From a virus (lineage: Duplodnaviria; Heunggongvirae; Uroviricota; Caudoviricetes): DNA of 8,704 nt. The DNA lies in IMG/VR virus record IMGVR_UViG_2609460344_000011, positions 1 to 8,704 of that record. One strand, written 5' to 3'. The notes beneath the pieces are model-generated. The model saw only the letters and a program-made list of their open reading frames with translations, was not told where the DNA came from and ran no database searches. This document shows, piece after piece, positions 1-5,966 of the stretch (its first letter is position 1; each line of letters starts with the position of its first letter). The position numbers were made by a program, and so were the translations under genes.

Positions 1-86
1 TTTCCACCCCTGTACGTCTCACCACCTATATGGTCGTGGAAAGCCTTGGTGGTGAGTTCATTGAATTCAACATAGGGGCTGTCACC

Positions 87-632
87 ATGACTACTCTCCC
101 AACCCAATCTCACCCTGAAATCACGATTATCAATGGTCGCGTTGTCACCACATCTCTTGCAGTAGCTAATTACTTTACTAAACGGCATGAGCGGGTTTTA
201 GATAGAATTAGAAACCTCGAATGTTCCGCTGAATTTACTGAACACAATTTTGTGTTAAGTGAATACACCGACGCATCAGGCCGCAAACTCCCTTGTTACC
301 AAATCACCCGCGACGGTTTTGCGTTTCTTGCCATGGGCTTCACTGGTAAACGTGCTGCCCGGTTCAAAGAGGCATACATAAATGCCTTTAACCAGATGGA
401 AAAACTGCTTTCAAAGCCATCCACGCTGAGCGATGCCGCAGATAACGCCAGCGTGCTTTACTCCCACCTGTCGGTAATCCACAAGGTCTGGCTGCAGCAG
501 CTTTATCCCATGTTGGCAAAAGCCGAATCCCCGCTGGCTGTAAGTCTGTATGACCGCATCAACGACGCGGCGCTACTGGCCAGTCTCATAAATTTGTCGC
601 TGAACCCTTCAGAGGTAAGGGGGCGTAAATGA
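87..632 (+). CDS. Rha-family phage regulatory protein (antirepressor-like)
   Basis: ATG at 87 preceded by GGGG (75-78). The ORF is open from 30, but the N-terminus MTTLPTQSHPEITIINGRVVTTSLAVANYFTKRHERVLDRIRN fits the Rha-domain pattern recalled from memory. Stop TGA 630-632 overlaps the next ATG. Confidence 0.65.
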   Translation: MTTLPTQSHPEITIINGRVVTTSLAVANYFTKRHERVLDRIRNLECSAEFTEHNFVLSEYTDASGRKLPCYQITRDGFAFLAMGFTGKRAARFKEAYINAFNQMEKLLSKPSTLSDAADNASVLYSHLSVIHKVWLQQLYPMLAKAESPLAVSLYDRINDAALLASLINLSLNPSEVRGRK

Positions 633-853
633 TCCGGAATATTTTCAAACGGTTTACCAATCATACTTTCTGTTGTCCTCGTCCGGGTCAGTGGTACACC
701 ACGCCTGCAGGGCATGTTCTACGTGTTAGCCTGGTTGACCGTGAATGTCAGAAGGTGATTTGTGAACCGCTGGGCCGTAATTACCGCGTCAGTATGCCGC
801 TTATAGCCTTTTGCTCCGGAAAAAACATGAAGCATCTCGGAGGTGCTGCATGA
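629..853 (+). CDS. hypothetical small protein (74 aa), translationally coupled between Rha and the O-like gene
   Basis: ATG 629 overlaps the upstream stop (ATGA). Purine-rich SD-like GAGGTAAGGGGG at 611-622. Its stop TGA 851-853 overlaps the next start at 850. No recognisable domain. Confidence 0.45.
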   Translation: MIRNIFKRFTNHTFCCPRPGQWYTTPAGHVLRVSLVDRECQKVICEPLGRNYRVSMPLIAFCSGKNMKHLGGAA

Positions 854-1668
854 GTATGGAGTTGATGGTTAAAGCGATGAAAATTCGAGTGGGAAATCCA
901 TTGCGAAAACTGGTTCTGATTAAGCTGGCTGATAATGCCAGCGATCAGGGTGAGTGCTGGCCCAGCTATCAGCATATCGCTGATCAGTGCGAGATTAGCA
1001 AACGTTCTGTGATGAATCATATTGCGGCCCTCTGTGAGTCCGGGCTGGTAAAAAAAGTCACCCGGAAAGGTGAAAAAGGTAACTCAAGTAATATCTATCT
1101 CCTTCATCTGGATGGTGCAGGAGATTCACTAGGGGGTAGTGCAAATAATTCACTATCTGGTGCAGCAAATTCACCAGGTAGTGCAGGAGTTGCACCAGGG
1201 GGTAGTGCAGGAGATTCACCCAGAACCAGTCACTCTTTTGAACCAGTCAAAGAACCAGTCAATGAACCAATAGCTGTTGGTGAATCTGCTGATGAGTCTG
1301 TGCGAGTTCGTTCAAACCGACCGGAATACTCTCCGGAGTTTGAGCAGGCATGGCTGGCATACCCCAAACGTGCTGGTGGCAATTCAAAATCTGCAGCCTT
1401 CAAAGCCTGGAAAGCCCGTTTGAATGAGGGGGTAAACCCCGAAACCATGCTGGAAGGTGTGAAACGCTACGCGGGCTGGGTATCTGCGATGGGTAACAGC
1501 GGCACACAATTTGTGAAACAGGCTGTCACGTTCTTTGGTCCGGATCGTCATTTCGAAGAATCCTGGGAAGTTCCTGCGGTATCTGCAGCCAGACGCGAGG
1601 ACCCGTACTTCAAAGCCAGTTACGACAACGTGGACTACAGCCAGATCCCGGAAGGATTCAGGGGGTGA
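850..1668 (+). CDS. lambdoid replication initiator O-like protein (N-terminal HTH domain, Gly/Ser/Ala linker, C-terminal domain)
   Basis: ATG 850 with GGAGG at 838-842. N-terminal segment LRKLVLIKLADNASDQGECWPSYQHIADQCEISKRSVMNHIAALCESGLV matches the helix-turn-helix typical of phage O-type replication protein N-termini. A low-complexity linker follows, encoded by iteron-like DNA repeats. Confidence 0.65.
   Translation: MSMELMVKAMKIRVGNPLRKLVLIKLADNASDQGECWPSYQHIADQCEISKRSVMNHIAALCESGLVKKVTRKGEKGNSSNIYLLHLDGAGDSLGGSANNSLSGAANSPGSAGVAPGGSAGDSPRTSHSFEPVKEPVNEPIAVGESADESVRVRSNRPEYSPEFEQAWLAYPKRAGGNSKSAAFKAWKARLNEGVNPETMLEGVKRYAGWVSAMGNSGTQFVKQAVTFFGPDRHFEESWEVPAVSAARREDPYFKASYDNVDYSQIPEGFRG
1111..1221. 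repeat. iteron-like direct repeats inside the O-like gene (candidate replication origin)
   Basis: GTGCAGGAGATTCAC occurs at 1115-1129 and 1205-1219. GGGGGTAGTGCA occurs at 1132-1143 and 1198-1209. ATTCAC recurs at 1124, 1148, 1169 and 1214, giving a roughly 21-24 bp period. Further degenerate copies (GGTAGTGCAGGAG at 1177) lie between. Confidence 0.4.
1240..1271. repeat. short tandem repeat GAACCAGTCAA x2 plus a partial copy, encoding EPVKEPVNEP
   Basis: GAACCAGTCAA at 1240-1250 and 1252-1262, then GAACCAA at 1265-1271, immediately 3' of the iteron-like block. Confidence 0.4.
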
Positions 1669-1670
1669 TC

Positions 1671-2159
1671 ATGAGTCTTTTGAATGAAGTTCAGAAATTC
1701 ATTGAAGCCCATCCGGGGTGTACTTCCGGAGACATTGCGGATGCTTTTGCAGGTTACTCACGGCAGCGCGTTCTGCAGTCAGCAAGCAAGTTACGTCAGA
1801 GTGGGCGTGTGGCTCACCGTTGTGAAGGAGATACACGCAGACATTTCCCGCGCCTGACTGAGAGAGCACAGGAGCCGGAACCACAACCAGTTCGTGAAAC
1901 CAGACCTGTGCGCAATTTCTGTGTCGGCACTAACGACCCGCAGGTGATTTTGTGCCTGACTCGCCAGGCGGAAGAACTGGAGTCCAGGGGCTTATTCCGT
2001 CGAGCTGCAACGGTGTGGATGGAGGCATTCCGTGAAAGCCACTCCCAGCCAGAACGAAACAATTTTCTGGCGCATCGTGAGCGGTGCTTACGGAAAAGCA
2101 GCAAGCGCGCTGCATCGGGTGAAGAGTGGTATCTGTCAGGGAATTACGTGGGGGCTTAA
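1671..2159 (+). CDS. PerC-like transcriptional regulator domain protein with N-terminal winged-helix-like region
   Basis: ATG 1671 with AGGGGG at 1659-1664; the upstream stop TGA 1666-1668 lies just before it. C-terminal segment ESRGLFRRAATVWMEAFRESHSQPERNNFLAHRERCLRK fits the recalled PerC/Pch signature (GLxRRAAxxW ... RRxxC). The N-terminal half looks like a small wHTH. Confidence 0.5.
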   Translation: MSLLNEVQKFIEAHPGCTSGDIADAFAGYSRQRVLQSASKLRQSGRVAHRCEGDTRRHFPRLTERAQEPEPQPVRETRPVRNFCVGTNDPQVILCLTRQAEELESRGLFRRAATVWMEAFRESHSQPERNNFLAHRERCLRKSSKRAASGEEWYLSGNYVGA

Positions 2160-2812
2160 TGAGTAATAAATATTGCCAGGCGCTGGTGGAGCTGCGGAAC
2201 AAACCAGCCCATGAACTGAAGGAAGTGGGCGATCAGTGGCGCACGCCGGACAACATTTTCTGGGGAATTAACACCCTGTTTGGCCCGTTTGTTCTGGATC
2301 TGTTCACTGATGGTGATAACGCCAAATGTGCCGCTTATTACACTGCGGAAGACAACGCGCTGGCGCATGACTGGTCTGAACGTCTTGCGGAGCTTAAAGG
2401 TGCTGCCTTTGGTAATCCCCCGTACAGCCGCGCCAGTCAGCATGAGGGGCAATACATCACCGGCATGCGTTACATCATGAAACATGCCAGTGCCATGCGT
2501 GATAAAGGCGGGCGCTATGTTTTCCTGATCAAAGCTGCCACCAGCGAAGTGTGGTGGCCGGAAGATGCAGATCATATTGCTTTTATTCGCGGGCGTATTG
2601 GTTTTGAACTGCCTGCCTGGTTTATCCCGAAAGACGAAAAGCAGGTGCCAACAGGTGCTTTCTTCGCTGGTGCTATTGCTGTTTTCGACAAGACCTGGAA
2701 GGGACCGGCAATCAGCTACATAGGGCGCGATGAACTTGAGGCATGTGGTGAGGCGTTTCTGGCGCAGGTTCGCCAGCAGGCGGAAAAACTGGTCAGGGAG
2801 ATGGCGGCATGA
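2159..2812 (+). CDS. phage Dam-family N6-adenine DNA methyltransferase
   Basis: ATG 2159 overlaps the upstream stop TAA 2157-2159, with a G-run at 2150-2154. Contains the GNPPY catalytic-type motif (N/DPPY class) and overall resemblance to phage N-6-adenine methyltransferases. Confidence 0.75.
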   Translation: MSNKYCQALVELRNKPAHELKEVGDQWRTPDNIFWGINTLFGPFVLDLFTDGDNAKCAAYYTAEDNALAHDWSERLAELKGAAFGNPPYSRASQHEGQYITGMRYIMKHASAMRDKGGRYVFLIKAATSEVWWPEDADHIAFIRGRIGFELPAWFIPKDEKQVPTGAFFAGAIAVFDKTWKGPAISYIGRDELEACGEAFLAQVRQQAEKLVREMAA

Positions 2813-3135
2813 CGACATTAACTCAATGCCAGCAGCAGGTGCTGGATATGCTGATTTCTTATCAGAAAGAACGTGGCTTCCCGCCAACCAATCAGGAGGT
2901 GGCAACCATGCTGGGATACCGTTCGGTGAATGCAGCGGTGGAGCATCTTCGCGCACTGGAGAAAAAAGGTGTCATCACGATAAAGCGTGGCGTGGCCCGG
3001 GGTATCACTCTTCATACCGCGGTGAAGGACGACGACAGCGAGGCGGTCGGGATTATCCGCGCCCTGCTTGCCGGTGAGGCAAACGCCAGGCTGCGTGCAG
3101 CCCACTGGTTACATGAGAGGGGCCTGAAAGTATGA
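2809..3135 (+). CDS. LexA N-terminal DNA-binding domain homologue lacking the S24 peptidase domain
   Basis: ATG 2809 overlaps the upstream stop (ATGA). Residues 1-68 align without gaps to the E. coli LexA N-terminal domain as recalled: LTxxQQxVxDxI ... GxPPTxxExAxxLGxRSxNAAxEHLxALxxKGVIxI ... RGIxL. The protein ends at 108 aa with no catalytic Ser/Lys domain. Confidence 0.75.
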   Translation: MTTLTQCQQQVLDMLISYQKERGFPPTNQEVATMLGYRSVNAAVEHLRALEKKGVITIKRGVARGITLHTAVKDDDSEAVGIIRALLAGEANARLRAAHWLHERGLKV

Positions 3136-3527
3136 AGCTAATACTGCCTTTTCCGCCCAGCGTGAACACGTACTGGCGACACCCCAACAAAGGGGCGTTT
3201 GCTGGTAAGAGCCTGATAAGCGCGGCGGGGCGAAAATTCCAGAGCGCGGCGTGTGCAGCAATAGTTGAGCAGTTACGTCGTCTGCCGAAACCAACGTCGG
3301 CACCTGCTTCAGTGGAGATCGTGTTGTTTCCTCCGGATAACCGGATCCGCGATCTGGACAACTATAACAAGGCGCTGTTTGACGCCCTGACCCACGCGGG
3401 TGTGTGGGAAGACGACAGTCAGGTGAAAAGAATGCTGGTGGAGTGGGGACCGGTTATCCCGGAGGGGAAGGTCGAGATCACTATCAGTAAGTACGAAAAA
3501 GCGAGTTGCAAATTAGCAACTCGGTAA
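3132..3527 (+). CDS. rusA: RusA-family Holliday junction resolvase (crossover junction endodeoxyribonuclease)
   Basis: ATG 3132 overlaps the upstream stop (ATGA), with GAGAGGGG upstream. N-terminal LILPFPPSVNTYWR and the acidic core DLDNYNKALFDALTHAGVWEDDSQV match RusA family signatures. Confidence 0.85.
   Translation: MKLILPFPPSVNTYWRHPNKGAFAGKSLISAAGRKFQSAACAAIVEQLRRLPKPTSAPASVEIVLFPPDNRIRDLDNYNKALFDALTHAGVWEDDSQVKRMLVEWGPVIPEGKVEITISKYEKASCKLATR
3502..3523. repeat. perfect 8-bp inverted repeat CGAGTTGC-N6-GCAACTCG at the 3' end of rusA
   Basis: CGAGTTGC (3502-3509) and GCAACTCG (3516-3523) are exact reverse complements. No U-tract follows, so it is more likely an operator or RNA stem than an intrinsic terminator. 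Confidence 0.35.
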
Positions 3528-3572
3528 CGGAATTGAGCAACACCCTAAATTTGGGTATTACCTCGTTAAAGA

Positions 3573-3592
3573 TACTGTATTTATGAACAGTG
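3573..3592. promoter_or_regulatory. LexA (SOS) box, consensus CTGT-N8-ACAG
   Basis: TACTGTATTTATGAACAGTG: CTGT at 3575-3578, an AT-rich 8-nt spacer, ACAG at 3587-3590. Candidate sigma70 elements TTGATA (3598-3603)-N17-TAAGTT (3621-3626) lie immediately downstream, before the KilA-N gene start at 3690. Confidence 0.7.
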
Positions 3593-3689
3593 TATCCTTG
3601 ATAACTATTAAAAATCGCAGTAAGTTCATCCTGCATCAACGAAAAGGGAGTGCAGTCCCGCTCGTGGATAAAAATTTGTGGAGAAACCA

Positions 3690-4505
3690 ATGAATCAGTT
3701 GCTTGTAATTGATGGCGTTTCTGTGCGTCAGTACTTCGAATCTAACTACTGTCTTAACGACCTTCAGAAAGCTGCTCTTCTTGCCGCTGGTGAGAATCGC
3801 TCCTCCCGTTCGCTGGAAGTTCACGAGTTTATGCGTCGTCCTGAAACGAAGGCTCTTGTGGAATTATTGGAAGAAGAAACTACGGGAGATTCCCGTAGTA
3901 TTCCTGTCATCACCATTCAGGGGCGCAATGGTGGGACGTATGTCTGTAAAGAGCTGGTCTATGCATATGCAATGTGGATCAGCCCGGCATTCAGCTTAAA
4001 AGTGATACGTACTTTTGATGCGCTTCATAATTCATCACCAGAAGAAACCACATCCGACAAAATTAAATCCGGGGTCATTCTGCTTGAATCAGCAGCAAAG
4101 ACTCTAAATCTGTCAAACTCCTCGAAACTTGGTGCATACCAGAAATTATCAAAGGTAGCTGGTCTTCCTGAACTTATGCCGATCTATGCCATTGATGCAC
4201 CTGCTGATGCGCCAGATGGTTCAAGCCGCCCTACGCTGTCGCTGAGTGCACTGCTGAAGCAGTATGGTATCCGCCTGACGGCTAATCAGGCATATCACCA
4301 GATGGCGAAGCTGGGGATCGTTGAACAACGCGAACGATACAGCCGTACCGCGATTAACAACATCAAAAAATTCTGGTCGCTGACCGCGAAAGGCTGCATG
4401 TTCGGCAAGAACATCACCAGTCCTGCAAATCCGCGCGAGACGCAGCCGCATTTCTTCGAATCCCGATTTCCTGAGCTGTTAAAGCTGCTCGATACCGTTC
4501 ATTGA
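3690..4505 (+). CDS. KilA-N domain protein, probable SOS-controlled antirepressor-like protein
   Basis: ATG 3690 with GGAG at 3680-3683. The N-terminal 110 aa (YCLNDLQKAALL ... IQGRNGGTYVCKELVYAYAMWISPAFSLKVIRTFDAL) fit the KilA-N domain pattern. Preceded by the LexA box. Confidence 0.7.
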   Translation: MNQLLVIDGVSVRQYFESNYCLNDLQKAALLAAGENRSSRSLEVHEFMRRPETKALVELLEEETTGDSRSIPVITIQGRNGGTYVCKELVYAYAMWISPAFSLKVIRTFDALHNSSPEETTSDKIKSGVILLESAAKTLNLSNSSKLGAYQKLSKVAGLPELMPIYAIDAPADAPDGSSRPTLSLSALLKQYGIRLTANQAYHQMAKLGIVEQRERYSRTAINNIKKFWSLTAKGCMFGKNITSPANPRETQPHFFESRFPELLKLLDTVH

Positions 4506-4506
4506 G

Positions 4507-5502
4507 GTGACTGTGAGAGCACTACTGACCCCTGAAATTGCCCCGCGTATGGGGATCGTATTGTTCAGGCCAGGTTCAGAGCTGATGCCCCTGTTTATGC
4601 AGGGGCGTGTCCTGCTGGAGCCTGAGCCGGAGCGTTATTCATCTTTCGCCAGTGGTGCCGTTCCGGCGGCATCACAACCGCTGGCGGATGATCCTGCCGT
4701 TCGGGCCGTGTTCCGCCATGAGGCAGTGATCCGTCGTGCTGGTGGCGTGGAATGTCTTGAAAGCTGGTTACTTCGTGAAAAAGGCTGCCAGTGGCCTCAT
4801 TCCGGATGGCACAGCGAGAACATGACCACAATGCGACACGCTCCGGGCGCAATCCGTCTGTGCTGGCACTGCGATAACCAGCTGCGCGATCAGTTCACGG
4901 AACGGCTGGAATCAATGGCAACGGATAACTGTGCCCGCTGGGTGTTGTCTGTTGTGCGTCGGGATCTCGGTTTTGATGACAGTCACGTTGTGACAATGCC
5001 GGAACTGTGCTGGTGGCTGATTCGTAATGACCTGGCGGATGCCTTACCGGAAAGTGCAGCCCGTAAGGCACTGAGATTACCGAAGCCTGTTGTGCCGTCT
5101 GTCACCCGGGAAAGTGACCTTGTGCCTTCGGTTCCTGCCACCAGCATCATCCAGGATAAAGCGAAAAAGGTGCTGGCGCTGAAAGTGGATCCGGAGTCGC
5201 CGGAGTCTTTTATGTTACGCCCCAAACGTCGCCGCTGGGTTAATGAAAAGTACACGCGCTGGGTTAAGACGCAGCCGTGTGCATGTTGTGGAAAGCCTGC
5301 TGATGATCCCCACCACCTGATAGGCCACGGTCAGGGGGGAATGGGTACAAAAGCGCATGACCTCTTCGTGCTGCCTTTGTGCAGAAAGCATCACGACGAG
5401 CTGCATGCGGATACCGTGGCATTTGAAGAGAAGTATGGCTCCCAGCTGGAGCTGATATTTCGTTTTATCGATCGTGCGCTGGCAATAGGCGTGCTGGCCT
5501 GA
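4507..5502 (+). CDS. DUF968-family protein with C-terminal HNH-like Cys/His motif
   Basis: C-terminal CACCGKPADDPHHLIGHGQGGMGTKAHDLFVLPLCRKHHDELH resembles the DUF968 family found next to Q in E. coli prophages. The start is uncertain: GTG 4507, GTG 4513 or ATG 4549, none with a strong SD. Confidence 0.6.
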   Translation: MTVRALLTPEIAPRMGIVLFRPGSELMPLFMQGRVLLEPEPERYSSFASGAVPAASQPLADDPAVRAVFRHEAVIRRAGGVECLESWLLREKGCQWPHSGWHSENMTTMRHAPGAIRLCWHCDNQLRDQFTERLESMATDNCARWVLSVVRRDLGFDDSHVVTMPELCWWLIRNDLADALPESAARKALRLPKPVVPSVTRESDLVPSVPATSIIQDKAKKVLALKVDPESPESFMLRPKRRRWVNEKYTRWVKTQPCACCGKPADDPHHLIGHGQGGMGTKAHDLFVLPLCRKHHDELHADTVAFEEKYGSQLELIFRFIDRALAIGVLA

Positions 5503-5519
5503 TTTTGTGGAGAAAGTTG

Positions 5520-5891
5520 ATGCGTGATATTCAAATGGTTCTTGAACGTTGGGGGGCATGGGTGGCAAATAATCACGAGGATGTGGAATGGTCATCTGTT
5601 GCTGCAGGTTTTAAGGGATTAATTCCTTCGAAAGTAAAATCCCGCCCGCAATGTAGCGATGACGATGGCCTGATCATTAGCTCTGCGATGACAGTTCTTA
5701 AGAAAAAGGAACCGTATCAATACGAATTACTGGAAATGTATTATGTGTATGGGGTTACATTACGGGTGTTGGGGGTAAAACTGGGGATATCACTTAATCA
5801 GGTTGTTATCAGACTGCAGAAAGCTGAAGGGTTTATTGACGGTTGTCTGGCAATGTTGGGGGTATCTTTAGAAATTGATTGTTACATATAG
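5520..5891 (+). CDS. Q-like late-gene antiterminator (small, about 123 aa, quuD-type)
   Basis: ATG 5520 with GGAGA at 5509-5513. The size, the position after rusA/DUF968 and before the tRNA cluster, and the N-terminal MRDIQMVLERWGAW match my recollection of small Q antiterminators of E. coli prophages. Family assignment is from memory, not a search. Confidence 0.55.
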   Translation: MRDIQMVLERWGAWVANNHEDVEWSSVAAGFKGLIPSKVKSRPQCSDDDGLIISSAMTVLKKKEPYQYELLEMYYVYGVTLRVLGVKLGISLNQVVIRLQKAEGFIDGCLAMLGVSLEIDCYI

Positions 5892-5930
5892 TAATAAATT
5901 CAATCAAAGTAAATAATCATATTTTATTAT

Positions 5931-5963
5931 AACCTCCTGATGATACCTGTTCATTGGGAGGTT
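5931..5963 (+). promoter_or_regulatory. inverted repeat AACCTCC-N19-GGAGGTT that can sequester the Shine-Dalgarno of the downstream gene
   Basis: AACCTCC (5931-5937) is the exact reverse complement of GGAGGTT (5957-5963). The right arm contains the SD (GGGAGG 5956-5961) of the ATG at 5967. Candidate -10 hexamers TATTAT/TATAAC at 5925-5933. Confidence 0.35.
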
Positions 5964-5966
5964 ATT

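Noticed and set aside
30-86. N-terminal extension of the first ORF (start at 30, MVVESLGGEF...)
   Set aside because: The Rha-type N-terminus begins at the ATG at 87, which has a G-rich SD; the upstream extension is most likely open only by chance, and the window may begin in upstream sequence.
503-715. Minus-strand 70-aa ORF; also other minus-strand ORFs at 781-1020, 1230-1448, 1699-2202, 2818-3361, 4221-4451, 4595-5595
   Set aside because: All lie antisense within or across + strand genes that form a tightly coupled operon; none has a convincing start context or domain.
2156-2956. 266-aa minus-strand ORF
   Set aside because: Entirely antisense to the well-supported Dam and LexA-like genes, no SD, and no recognisable protein features; typical shadow ORF in GC-rich coding DNA.
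3628-3690. Possibility that the KilA-N gene starts at the GTG at 3678
   Set aside because: GTG 3678 is part of the SD-like GTGGAG; the ATG at 3690 sits 6 nt after GGAG and is the better start.
3709-3999. 96-aa + strand ORF in an alternative frame
   Set aside because: Nested inside the KilA-N gene in another frame; compositionally biased (Leu/Arg-rich) as expected for an off-frame translation.
5940-5966. Upstream ATG 5940 as the start of the 205-aa gene
   Set aside because: It has no SD (the upstream sequence is CCTCC, the complement of an SD), whereas the ATG at 5967 has a perfect GGGAGG at optimal spacing.
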